Shown piece by piece: positions 26,400 through 39,600 of a stretch of 64,000 nucleotides of DNA; position 1 is the stretch's first letter, and every line of letters begins with the position of its first letter. The notes below the pieces were generated by a model that was not told the origin of the DNA, did no database searches, and was given only the letters and a program-made list of their open reading frames with translations. The DNA comes from Raillietiella orientalis (taxonomy: Eukaryota), in NCBI GenBank assembly GCA_036172245.1, contig JAYWIR010000042.1, forward strand, positions 434,001-498,000. The letters are read 5' to 3'. A program made the translations under genes and the position numbers.

Positions 26400-27900
26400 A
26401 AATCATTTGACCTACTCTTTCTGATGGGAAACATGCGACCTCGAACGCGTCCTCTTAGAAGGAATTGCAGCCCGTAAGGTAGAAAATGCCTTGTGCGGTT
26501 TGCTGGAACTGGGAAAACACGAGAAACGGCTTATTCCCTGAAGGATTTTCCTGGGACTGAATTTCTGGAAAGTTCTCGGCAGGCGGACGGACGAGAGTAG
26601 CTCTCTGGGTCCGCAGGCGATCTGCGGCGGCGGCGACAGGGTGCAGCATCGGAGCGCGCGCATCCCCAGAGGAGCTTCGAGTGGAGCTCCTGCGCTTGGG
26701 TCGCGAGGGGAGGCTTTCCTGCTGGAGGGAGACCCCTGCTTTTCGCGAGCCGTTGAGGGCGTGGGACCTCCGCGGAGCTTAGCGGCAGGCGAGAAGATCC
26801 GGCAGCGCGAGAAGGCTTTCTCATCCCCGAGCCAAGGAGATGCCGGGCCTCTCGGCAGCTCCGCAAGATGCTTCGGGGAAGCGCAATGGGAAAAAGCGCT
26901 TGCCTGCATCTCCGGCAGTTTCGCAGGTGTACCATGGATCGAAATTCATTTCAGTCCCAAGGCTGGAGAAGTCGGCTCCCCCATTTTCGGTTTCTCGGGG
27001 ACGCGCTCCCGGATGAGGTGTTTTAAAGAGCGGGTGCTCATCGTCAGCTTCGCGAGCGAAAACAGCGAAACGGGCGGTGCTTCGCACAGCTGTGCTCCCA
27101 TCGCGTTGCGGGGGAGGAACCGGAGCAAAGCGCGGGAGTGGAGAAACTCTTCCCTGCAGCCGGTTCCGTGAGCCGAGCCACGGTGGCGCCGAGTCTTCCC
27201 CTTCCTCAGAGGGAGCCTGCGGAAACGCGGAGCACTTCCGGAATGGTTTCTCATCAGAGAGGTTCCAGTCACTGGGCAGTGGCGAGCAAGACGAAACGGG
27301 GTTCTCCTGGAGCGCGAATTTCCGTGACTTGAGCGAGAGAGATGCCCTGGTTACGGCCTCTCAGGATCCGGATGCAACTTGGAAACGCAAGCTGTCCCAG
27401 TCTCCCCGCATGCGTGGGGGTCACGAAGCCGCGTTACCACTTCCGGCCTGCTTCCGTGCCCAGATGCCTCCATACTCGTCTGGGCCTACGGACCACATCA
27501 CGGCAGGCTCCTTCAGCGTGGAAGTCCACGGGGACTGAAGTCCCGGCTGCTCAACTCGGGTGTCGAAGAACCTGGGGTCCTTACTTCCTCCTCAGGGACG
27601 GCTGCTTTGCGTCACTTCCTAAGTGCTGCAAAGAAGAGCAAAGAAGCTGTCTCCACGCCGCCCGGATCTCCAGCTAGCTCCACGCCTATATACTGGGTCA
27701 CTCGCTGAAGCACTTTTCGGGAAGGCTCCCTCATCCCGTTCCTCTCCTCAGAAGCACATCGCTGCAGTTCGAATGTTCTTCAGAGTCACCTCTTCTCTTT
27801 CGGTCACGAAGACAAAGGTTCCTGCCTCCCCCTCCCTCTCCTGGAGATTTCCTCTGAGGTGTCGGAGTCCGGTTGGCCAGGAAGGAGGAAGGAAGGAAGG
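26400..27900 (-). mobile_element. L1/Tx1 RT relic (GC-rich)
   Basis: Ordered remnants GDPGAWRQLL, VPVDF, FAREADD, SLGTEMN, LVRP. Confidence 0.55.
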
Positions 27901-28099
27901 AAATAAGAGCTCCCGGCTGAACAAACCGGAAGGAGGCAGATGAAGCACAGGCGGCACCGGCAGCTTGGGTTGCAGCAGCAGTAGTGGTGACCTTCTTGGC
28001 GGGCAAAGAGCACGGAATGGAAGCTTTTGTGGTTTCAGAGTGTCTGTAGAGAAAGAGATTTGCAGGGAAACCTCCTGGGAAAGGTTGCTGCTCGTGGAG

Positions 28100-30450
28100 A
28101 GGCTGCCCAGATGGATTTCAAGGGCATTTCGCGAGTGGCCCTTCTATTTCTCCATTCAGTTCCGGGATCAGCAATGCCACCCTACCTCTCTACAGGATGC
28201 AGCTGTGGATGCCAGTAGGAGCGAAGAGGCCTCCGTGGTCTCCGAAAGAGACCAGCCTTTGAAACGGGGGTTGCTGGGAGGGGAATCCATTGCCCGAAGA
28301 CACTTGGCGTGACAGCTCCGTGCTTCCGGAGGGAAGCATGGACGCATGGAACGACGGGTTGGGGCTTGTCCAAGGAGCTGCCTTCGGCAAAGACCGAGAG
28401 GGTGTGGACCGATTCGCTCCCTTTGAATCACGGTCTCATCATTGGGTGGGGAATTTCGGCAGGTTCTACCTGAGGAGTGCGTGGTGCAAGAAGGGTTGGA
28501 TCGTCGTTGAGATGGAAGGAGAAGTTCCAGGGCTCGGTGAGCGTGCGCCGAATGTTTTCCAGGTTTCGAGGGTGAAGATGCCCCTTTTCCTCCACCAACA
28601 CCCTACCGACTTTCCTTTCTCTCCTGTGGATCTCCGTGAGTCCAGCTTGCGCGTCGGGAAGCGCATGCACGGCCTGCGAAACGGAAAAACGATGCCTGAA
28701 GCGAAAGAGTGGTCATCGCGGGAGATCGGGTGGAGGCTCTGGAGCCATGTGCGCGTTTCGCCTTGCTCTTCCTGCTCTCGACCCTGTCCCTGAAACACCA
28801 TGCCTTCTCCAACTACCTTGCTTGAAGGCACGAAGCAAGGAAATGGTTGGAAGAACGCGAACAGGAAGCATCCCTGCCGCTTCAGCCACAGATGTTTCCA
28901 AAGATGCTGAACTCTTGCTTTTGGAGCCTCCACTCTGCTGCCTCCTTGAATTACACTGCTTTGCTGACAGCGCTGCCATCTTTTCCTTTTTTCTTTTTTC
29001 GTTGCCATGGCTACAAAACTCGACATCCCAAAAGCAGCATTGCCGCTGTTTTCCCGTTTCGAAGACAAGCCGGAACTTTGTCACAAGGCTCCGTGTAGGC
29101 TGGCAGAAACGGACCCACGGGTCATCCATGTCCTTTCTCTCAGCACCTGCAGGGTTCCTCATCGAGCCCTGGGAGGTCGATGGTGCACCTGCTGAAGGAA
29201 ATGAAGCTGCACAGAAAGGGAGGCGACGAGTGACGAGTGGGTGGGAAACTGGATTCATCGCATATGCACATGGAGATCCTCACCTCCTTACTGTGCAGTA
29301 AAAGAACAGGGGAGGTCGAAAAGATGGATGGGAGGAAGAGGTCGGGATGACCTTCGTTGTTCAGAGAAATTTTCCCTTCCACCTTGCATGCTGCTGTTGA
29401 GCTTCCAGAAGGGAAGCAGGGTCGGGTTCGTCCCCTCCCTGACGAAGCACCAGCTCGGATGCACGCGTCCTCCGATCACGTGGGCGATTTTTTGGTTCGC
29501 TAAGCACTCCAGGAGCGTCCACCCCTGGGGGGCGCGCGATGGTATGCCACAGGAGCTCACAAGACTCTTTAAAACAGACCACGCCTCCCGCGAGGGCGTG
29601 TAACTCAGTCAGGAGGCGACTCCAAGGATAGAGTCCGTTCCCCTTACTCTCGGGAAGGAACCCTGAAGGAGACCGCTCTTGATTTCTTCCCCGAAGACTT
29701 CTCCGAAGGCGCGCGCCTCCGGAACATTAGGAGGGAATTCTCTGAGGCGCAAGCGACTCCATGAACACCATGTGGGACCCCTGAGGGGAGCGGGGGCGAG
29801 ACGAGTCGGCTTTATGACGAACGGGAGGAAAACCTGGATAGCCCTGTGACTCCTGGAAGGACCCCGTGGGGTCAGTTTCCAATCCTCGCCAGTCGAGGGA
29901 GCATCCGGTCTCCAGCGCGTTCACAAGAGTCGGGAAGGAATCGGGAGGGAAGGATCCGAAACCCACGGCGCATCCATTCTCGGTGTCGATTCTTTGCGAA
30001 GGGGGAATTCGAACCCACGACTCTGGGTACCGCAGCGCGCGCGAAAGCCGCAGCTGCACGGACCCTGCCCGGGGCTGATTGAAAATCATCGACGCACTCA
30101 TCCCGTCGATGATGCACTCAGCTCTTGCGAAAGCGGAGAAGAAGAGGAAATGCAGCGGGGATCATGAGCGGAGCGCCTCGATTTCTTCGAAACTGGGGAA
30201 CCCGGCATGGGGGAACTCTCGAACTCCTCTGAGGTGATAGTGCGCACACCCTCCCCGCGTGCGGGATGCTGAGCGGTAACGCTCCGCTTTAACCCCCCCC
30301 CCCTTCTTCATGACTGCATCACTACAGGAGTAGTCTTCCATGGATCTTAATTCATCAGCTAAGAGGAGAAAAACATCCATTTCTTCCCTCTGTTCCCTCG
30401 AGAAATTGGATGCAAGTGTGCCCTGAGGAGACACATACGTGTTTAGTGTG
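28100..30450 (-). mobile_element. L1/Tx1 fragments (endonuclease region and 3' Zn-finger remnant)
   Basis: RRGFRIL, PFWKLNSS (post-endonuclease WKLN motif) and ESVHTL. Confidence 0.5.
29995..30070 (-). repeat. tRNA-like remnant (possible SINE head or tRNA pseudogene)
   Basis: GTCGTGGGTTCGAATTCCCC B-box/T-loop; no clear A-box or cloverleaf. Confidence 0.3.
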
Positions 30451-30564
30451 TGTTTCTCAGCGCACGGAAGAAGGATGCACAGCTTCACTCTCTGCAATTT
30501 CGACCCGATGTAGAAAGGACTCGTGGGGGAGCGACGTGGGCCAAGAACTTTGCCTTTCGGCAGG

Positions 30565-30632
30565 ATGACCGTCACTTACGTGCAGAATCTTGCGACCAGC
30601 AGGAAGGGAGCGTTTCTCAAACTTCTTCTCAG
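30565..30632 (+). CDS. BEST: Bestrophin coding exon 1
   Basis: [23 protein letters not shown]; donor AG|gtgag at 30633. Confidence 0.9.
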
Positions 30633-33600
30633 GTGAGAGCGGCAGAACAAACAAACATTTGGTCCTGAACGCACCGAGCAGGGATCGATGAAGCCTGGAA
30701 GTCTTTCGCTGACCTTTGTCCGTCACTCGAGCCACCCTCCCTCCCCTCCTTCTCCCCGACTGGAGGCGAACCTTAATCGAATCTCGGGGTCGCTCCGCTC
30801 GGGGCCGCGGAGGCCCCGTCAGCGCAGCGTGAGGGAAATCCAAGCGTCGAAGGGTAGCTGAGAGTCTTCGCAACTGGCGGGCCGGCCGAAAATCTCAAGT
30901 CGGTGCGCACGCCGATGCTTACGGTTGTCCGCAGTTGAGTCTTCGCCGCGCGAGCCTGGCGACGCGTACCGTAGCCAAAAAGGGGTCCATCCAGTCTCTC
31001 TCTCCCCCCCCCCTTTCCTCCCCTAGTCAGCGCAATTCAAGTGCAAAATCCTTTAAGAATACCAGACCCGATGGGGATCGTTTCAGCGATCACTGCGCTG
31101 CGGCGCCGCTGGGCGCGCACGTTCCGCTAGGAATCGCTGAAGATGGGGAAGCTTACCCCAGTGCAGAGCGGGTCCCGATGATGAGCAAGACAAGAATAAA
31201 ACGAAGCACGAGAAGAACAGTAACGGAGGGAAGAGGGAATCTGCATCGGTGAAGTGCGAAGGCGCACGCGAGGAGCACGAGCGGAGGTCGCGCTCCTCCT
31301 GTCGTCCCGAACGCTGTAGCGAGTTCCGGGTTCGATTCGCGAGGCAAGGAGAGGAGGGCTAGGTGCGATGCAGCACCAGCATCCGGGTTTTCGATTTCGA
31401 ACGCCTGTGGGGCGCCCTGCAGGAAGTAAGATGAGTGTTACGCTTGCTGGGCGAGCAGCTGCTTTCAGGAGAAGATGCTCGGCAGCCCTGCTACTCTTGC
31501 GCCTTCACTCACGAATGGGCTCTTACGGAAGCTGCGAACGCCCGCGATCGGGAAGCAGCATCCTGCCACCTTCGAAGTGCCGGAAAGGTGGCTTGGAAAT
31601 ACTTGTACCGCGTGAAAGAAGCCTCGAGCCCCTATTCTCCTTGCCTACACCCCTCCTGGAAGCATGCCGCGAAGTGGCATCCAAACTGAGAATTCACCGA
31701 GAGCACTTGCTGCGTGAGCACTGTTCATGGTGCTGGTTCGAAGAGCAGTGCTCCCCGACTTCCCTGTGGCGGCTGACTCTTGCCTACCATTTCGACATCC
31801 CGTCTTCTGATTCAAACCGGGAAGCACATGCGGTCGGCCAGCTGCTCCCTGCGGCGAAATGCATGTCGCCAAAGAGTGTATGGCTCTTATTGCTGGCCGT
31901 GATTGACGTACGGACCTTTCATTCCTCAGAGTGGGTTTCCGACTTTTCGTTCCTCTTACGGAGGAAATCGCGTTCTCCGGCCCCGGCGCCCGACAGGGGA
32001 AAGTGAAACGCTGGTAAAAAGCTTCTTCCCGTTCTAAACCGAACAGATAAAACATCTTTCTCCACCACCTCCTCAAGTTTCATTTCATAATTACGATGAA
32101 CCGTAAATAATGCAAGATTATACGTGAGGGGTTTCCAGCTTCCGTTGCCTTGGACTCTGTCCAAAGGAAAGTCAATTGCAAGAATGCTTCCGCTTGAAAG
32201 AAAAAAAATGAAAAGCAAATAAATGCACTTGATAATGAACAACCGCATAAGTTGTCAAGTGTATTACTTTTTGGTTGCATTATATTCCTACTACTCCGTC
32301 ACTGTACCAAACGTTTCTTAAGAACATTACCACCGGCCACATTCTTATTACTAAACCCTCAAGTACTTTCGTCAATCCTATTCCTTTCATCTCCATTATG
32401 ATCCCATAAATAATCGTAGCCCCCCATGTATGCTTACGTTTTTCTCACATCCACCTTAAGAATTTCTAAAGAAGACCCACTTGCTCACTACTCTCGTCCC
32501 TTCCGGCTAACACCCCACCTAAGCCGCTTTGCAAATGGGAGCGGCTGGGGATGGCTCCTCAAGGAATGGGGAAACGAATTTGTTGTGTGCATGCATTAAT
32601 TGTCAGGGCAGCAGGGGGACTTCAGTGTAGTCAACTGGGATGGCCATTGAGGTCCAAGTTGGTAGTTGTTGGCGTTACAGGAGGATTAGTATTTACGAAG
32701 CGCATTTCAAAAGTAAGGGCGAATCCGATATAAAGAAAGAGCAAATGAAAGAAACAAACATGTAATGGTGGTTCTGAACACATACATCCCCGTGTCATTT
32801 TTCTACGTAGTCACCCTTTTTTTTTTTGTTTCCCCCCCAAACACTTTTGATACCGTGGAAGGAGCTTTTTGAAATCCCCTGCATGAAATTGCGCCTCCCG
32901 GGAGTTCATCCGGTTCAGCACTGCCGTTTTTGATCCCTCACTTTCTCCCACGAATCGCTGAGCCACTTCTGGGGGTGCAGGAAGAACGACAAAGGTCGTT
33001 CTGGAAAGATGAGAGAATGTGCCTTCCTTCTTCTGTTAATCCCAACGCAGTGTCTTCTGCAGGTGGTCGGTCTCGCCTTTCCTGATGCCTGCGCCTACGG
33101 TCTCGTTTCAAGTCCTCAATCCTCGGAACACTGAGCTATTCGTGTTTCTGTACCTCCTTGGTTTGATGCCGGGTTCCAAAATTTACGGAAGAGTTCGTTC
33201 GTTAGGGGGGGAAAAAAAGGCAAAAGGATGCAGGGCGATTTGGACCTCGTCTTCTGCTTTGGGAATACGAACTACCCTGTTTAGCGAGAGTCCCATGAAA
33301 ACCCTGTTCGGCAAGGTCAAGGATCTCGCATCATCGGGATGCACGACTCAGTCCAAGACATCCGATGCGGACACTCCTGAGTCGTTTTTCCTCTTTGTTA
33401 TTCGTTTTTTGATTTGCTGGGGTGTGTGAAATGCACGCTCAGCTCTCTTTTCAGATTGCGCTTTGGGACGCATTTCACCCGAATCGCAATGCGAGCTGCT
33501 TCCTCTGTTTGCCTGATCTTAGACAAACCTTTCCGTGCGGGGGGATTTTAATCTTAGAGCAATTCTGAAAATTCTGAAGATCCATCTGCCCATTATCCCT

Positions 33601-36600
33601 CGAAGACGGATGGATCGCTATCTATTCTCTTCCTGCGTTGTCAGCCTCAACGAATCCAACGGGCACGACGATAAGTCAGACGATCAGCTGTTACTCCTCT
33701 TTTCAATCCTGTAGCAGGTTTTGCGAAATTCCCAGTCACATGCTGACAGAATCTTCAATCCTCATATTTTCGGACAGAATCTCTTCAATCCTCCTCTTGC
33801 GATCAGAAACCCATCGCAACTGCATCCGATGCATGCCGTTTCGAAGGCACTGACTTCTAAAGCCGAAACCCTTTTCTGCCTCTCTCCAGGATTTCCGAAA
33901 ATTCCGAAAGCAGGCATCGAGATAAGATTTTCTATGCATTCGTTGAGAGGTAGTTGAACGTTATCATGAATATCTAGCAGGTTCCTCTTTCTGCTGGCAA
34001 GCACTCTGCAAAGACAAGCATCGATGAGGCTTGACTGAAATTCAAGTGGCATCTCTAAGGCACCATTCTCAAGGGCGCCATCTTGTTCAAAGGAAATCCT
34101 GTTGACCTTTCTGCCTGAATACGGTCGGTCGGTCAGGTTTCCAGGACGACCGAGACGATCACTGTTTATAATCAGCATCAGCGTGCAACAAACTGTTCTT
34201 ACAGTACTGTGGATTATCACACACTGGAACACTCTGTGTACTCTTGACTGCAGCCAGCTAGATTCGGACGATTCCAGTCTAGACAATTTTAAAATTCGGA
34301 AAGAAATCATTGCTGATTTGAAACTCGAATTTCTGCGTTAATGAACCATGAAGTAAGATTATTATTCCAGCTAGCCTTCGAATGAGTGAGTGCTTTATAA
34401 GTCTTTTAACGTTTGTATTTTCCTCAAGTTAGACAAAGAATGATTTAAGAATAGCGATAATGATAATTGAACTTGTATTTCTTATGCGTGCGTTTTCACA
34501 GCTGGTTACAGGGGAGCTCTGGACATTCATTTTCAGTTACTCCTCTGTTTACTGGGGGCTCCCTTCGCGCCATCTTTATGGTGCTTCCTCTTCTTGCTCG
34601 CTTTCACGCGGTGGGAGAGGATTGTCTGGTCATTCTCCGGCCGTCTATCGGTTTTCCTTGTGACGTGGGCTGCATAGATGTCACTCGAGTACCGTGTACA
34701 CGCAGCCACCATCGGGTGCCTCAGTTCCACCAGCATCTTCTTTGGCATTCCCAGATCTTTTTCAGGATCCCATGCTCCCAGAAAGTCAGCCATGAACTTT
34801 GCTTTGCCTTCCACCTTTTCCCAGCTGTAGCGATACGTCTTTGTGTTTTCCTTCCTTGTTTCTTCCTGGCTGTGCTGAACGCGCCTCTTTCACTTTCGTA
34901 CGGGCAGCAGGCCGTCTACCACACATATCCGGTGTCCCTTTTTGCAGGACCGGATCCGGTTTTTGGGTGGAAGTTGTTCCCGGCACTTTCTGGTTTCTTG
35001 ACACAAGACTCCACTTTGATTCATCCAATGCGGCCTTCCTGATTATTTCCTGAATCGAGTCGTGGAGTGCCATGCGCAGAGACACGTGTTCTTTGCACCT
35101 ATTTAGTATGTGGGACAACGTTTCGTCCTCTGTCCCGCAACCCCGACATATGCGTCCTTCTGGTTTTTTTTGTGGGCTCAGCGCTGATTGGCAATAGGTT
35201 GAGCCTTGCTGCGTAAACGAAATTGTAATTCTGGAATCTCAGGTGGTGCCCATTAGTGTGGAAAAAGCTCGAGGCGTGATGCATGTCCGCACATTGCACG
35301 GCTTTCCCTTGACTAATGTATCTTGGATTAGGGGTTGCCATGAGTGTTCCCTCTGCATAACAACAAATTGCATCACATTAATAATGATGAAAGCAGAAAG
35401 GGAAAATTCGGAACGTGAATCTTAAAATTCAAAGACCGAGTTCGAGGTTTGAGGACTGAGTTTTGTAAACCAGCAACCCATTATGCAGGTAAACACGTCC
35501 AGTTTTACGGCTGAAGACACCACCTGTATACTCATTTCAATTCTTAGATTTAGTTCTTCTTGTTCTCCTTCTTAAACTCCAGAACAAGTATTCTTGACGG
35601 AATTTCGAGAGGGCCTATCAATTCCCATTTCTTATAACATAGGGCTTTCATCAAAACCCAAGAAGAAAAGAAAAAAGTCTCAAACTTCAAAGCACTAAGT
35701 ATCTCTCAATCAGCCTGTCCACATGACAGGCAAACCCATAGTGACCGCTTTCGTTGTACAGATTTCCAAAGCACCCCAATTTTGAAATTTTCCCAAGCAA
35801 AGAAGTCAGCAGTCGGAGTCAGAGTAGACCTCAGAAGTTCGAAGCAATAAATGCGAAGAAAATCATAGAAAGATAGAGACGATGAATTTACAGATTCTTA
35901 AACTCTCAGGTATAGCTGGGTGGACGGAGGCTATTTTTGCATTTTTTGCACTCAGTTTCACTCGTATGGACGCTTTTATGCGCCGCAGGGGATCCTAGTT
36001 CGGGATCTTTTTCATCCCATGCAGGAGAGGAGAATGAAACGAAATTTTGGCGAAGGGATGGAGCACATGGAAACAAGGATGCTCGTGAAAACCTTCATCA
36101 AAGCGCGAGTCACTTTCCGGTGCTTGAGGAGGTCATGAGGTCCCCTTCAAGGTGAAACAGATTCTGATACTTTGCGCGTGGAAGAATTCGACCGAGTTTC
36201 AGGAACAGTGGCTGTGCATCCTAAGGGGCTACCGAATGCCATCGACTGGCGCACCCTTTAGAGCCGTAGTAGTAAAGTGTGACGTGTATCTCTGGAAGGG
36301 AAAGGTGTTGTGTCACACGGAAGCACCTCTCAGGAAAAGTAGCAGTCCGTGGCACTGAGAGGGAAATGTTAGAATACAAATCGCTATGGGAACTCAGATA
36401 AAACGTAATCTCCGATTCCAGTTAGACTTCGCATTGGAAACGTTCATTGAAAACAATTTTCTCAGAGCGGATGCTGAGCTCTTTCTGCTTAGCAAGAAAG
36501 CATTTTTTTTTCTCACGGAAGGTTCCTTAGGGCTTATTTGAATGAGCGTGGATTTTCCACGAGAGACCCCATCAGTGCGAGGTGGACCATTCATTATCCG

Positions 36601-39600
36601 GACAAATCAAAATCTCTAGAAGAAGAAATAGGTCACAGTATGAGTGAGGTGTCGTGGAAACGTTGACTTTCAATTCTTTCGCCCTCATTCTCCGTTTATA
36701 GACAACACGAGACGAATCTGAGACGTTTACGTAGTCTGTCTTTAATGGACATTTCAGGTAACTCCAACACGAGCTATTCTCTTCGCTATAGGGAATATGC
36801 CCTAGGAATTGGGCTGCAATTCGAAAGCTCATAAAATATCCGAGTGTATCATGAAAAATCGGGTGCTAAAGATCCGATAAAACAAACAAATAATAAAAAA
36901 AAAAAACCCTCAATATCAACCGCAAGTTCATTTTTCGTGCCGCTGCCGATGTACTCGTCGGCGGGTATTCAGTAAGGAAAACAACGCCGTTTTCACAGCC
37001 ACGATGAGCCATAAATTGGTGCACAGTCGTAAGCTCAACCCAAGAACGGGAATAGGGGTGAAATCAGAAACCTTTTGATAGCCAAAATAAAACCACCGTG
37101 GGCACGAATAGCTTATCGTAATTCGATCATGCAGCGCAGCATCCCTGTTAATCACATCTCCCGTCTCGGCCCCCACCGCATCTCGCTCCAGTACACTGCA
37201 TGCCGCAATCATTGAGCCACGAGCTCCCGTGATGACTTGCTGGAGGTAGCTGCTCAGGACATGCATCCGCGGGCTCTTCCATGCCATCTTCGTAGCACTG
37301 CTCCGCGTTCGTTGCCGTGGTAATTCCTCAATCTCAAACCCATTTGCTCCTCCTATCCGCATCCGGTCGAAATGGCTTCATCGAGTTTTACGACAAGCCC
37401 TGGTGGGAAATCTTTGCACGGAAGTTCGAAAATTTCCTCCGTAGCGAAGCGGCTTCGGATCCGGCGCGTTTCCGAAGGATGGAAAAGAGGAAGAAGAACA
37501 GAGAAAGTCAAAGAGCCGTTGGGTGGCAAATACTTCGGTTTCGCAGGAAGTGGCTGCCACCTTGCAATCTGCGTTCATTTTCTCTCAGCCTCTGGCTCTG
37601 ACGAACGAACAGCGTGGACAAGATGTGTGTTTGCAGAAGCTCTGCTCCTTCGAAAGGAGGAAGTGCCGACACCACAGAATTCGTCACGCGCTTCTGCCGT
37701 GATCCTTTTTCTTGAGCTCCGAACTTGAATCGTTGGAAAAGTCCTTCTTAATCCTCTAAAGTGCTTTCGGCTTGTAGGAACCAAAGAGAAAAAAATCGCT
37801 TTCGCTGATTATTTTTCTCCATATTGTCCCTTATTGTTTTTGCTTCATATTTTGCTGATTTGCGTAATATGGCTGAATAGTTTTGAGAATGAGCACTCGA
37901 AATCCACACAACATTCGTAATGTGCATGCCAGTGTTTCGTTTCATTAGTGCTTCTCCTTTATAGATGGAAAGCGAGCGTGTACAAAGAGCTGTGGCCAGA
38001 CCTGATCATATTTCTGTCGTTGTATTATATTCTCCGATTTTTGTATTCTTTTGTTTTGGAGGAACCTCAAAAAAGGTAAGAAGCGAGTTTGCCGTTTTTC
38101 CCACGATGAGCGCCAACATTTCAGAGAAACGTTAATTGGCATTCTTCAGAATCGGTTCCCGATTTCGGTCAACTAAAATGAGAAGCTCTCCTTTAATTCT
38201 ATAATTGCATCTGAATGATTTGGACGATATGTTTGCTTTTTCTCTTGATGAATAGTGGTGCCGTGCTTCGCGCTCTGGTCGGGAGCCTCTTTCAAGATTG
38301 CAAACTGCAGAAGTGTTTTGCCTGCGGGTTCTTTGGTTCCATCACTACCGAACGGCTCTGTTCTTTTCTTTGGCTTCCCGTGGTTGCTCGGAGCTAAACT
38401 GAGAACTAAATTTGTTAACCCTTCATCTGTTTCTGCATCAGTCGGTTTCCAGAGTGCTTCTTCCTTTTTAAAGAGTTCATTTTTGAATGTTCTGGGTCAG
38501 TGAAATGAATTTCGGTGGACTCAGAGGAGGGAACGGTGGCAGGTTATGGACACACACAGCAACTGGTCAATCTGCCTCGGGAACGTGGCAAATTATTGGA
38601 AATTTGGGAAGGAATTGGTTCTCCAGTCAGATCTTTTGCAGATGAGGAAACACAGGAAAAGAAGAATGCCACACTGAAAAAAAAGCCGAATGTTGAGAAA
38701 AGCCTTGTTGTAAGGGAAGCTACAAAGAAGAACACGTGCGAAAACGAAGCTTTTTTTTTTTGTTTGGTTCACATAGTGCCTTTGTACTCCATCTCTCAAG
38801 CTGATTCCAGCTTGTCTTCATTCTTCTCTCAAAACCAACAGGCATGAGCTCAAAAGAATCTTCCCAGCATGCTTCTAAATGCTTTTCACCACTTTTAGAT
38901 CATGTCTTAAGGTTTGCACTTTCCTGACAGCCTTTGAAGAAGCTGTTTTGGTTTTATTGACGGATGTGCTTTGAAAACTGATTGCTTCTCAGGAACACAC
39001 AGTTGGTGGTAGTTGAGTAAAAGCAGTGGTTAGCAACGGAATTATCTGTTCCTAAGAATTATCTGAAATCTTCACTGCCATGGCAATGATTCTCTTCTGA
39101 ATGAGCATCGAAAGACCAACATGCGAGGATCTGTTGTTGCGCCCAAGTCATTTCTGCTAAGACGACATCCAGGATTCGTCCGTGTAAGGTCAAAAACTGT
39201 CGTGTTCAGCACAGCTTCCTTGGACCCGGACCACCACATCTTTTTTTTGGCATCTATTTACGAGAGAATTCCTCCTATTCTGTACAACATTTTACGATTG
39301 TATTCCTGATCAACGAAAGCTTCATTAATTGCGAGCCGTTGCGAAAGATGATACGTTATAATGAGCCAAGGAGTTCATTTCTCGCCAAATCTTCGCCTGC
39401 ATCCGATAAGAGCAAAGGAACCTTTTGAGAACACAATGACAGAACGACGCATTTTTCGAACGTCTCTTCTGCAACGGAAGTTTTCCTTCTTCCTCATCCC
39501 GACATCAGAATTGATGTCCTCCCGGAGTGGGAAAGTTGACGTGTTATTTGGCCATGGCAGCCAAATTTCAATTACATAGAAAAGGAGTCAGTGCACGGAA

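Noticed and set aside
29995..30070. Functional tRNA gene
   Set aside because: No recognisable D-arm/A-box or acceptor stem, and the T-stem is mismatched.
31431..32006. MSVTLAG... as a bestrophin start or a separate gene
   Set aside because: The true MTVTY exon is at 30565; this ORF has only weak LINE-like C..C remnants.
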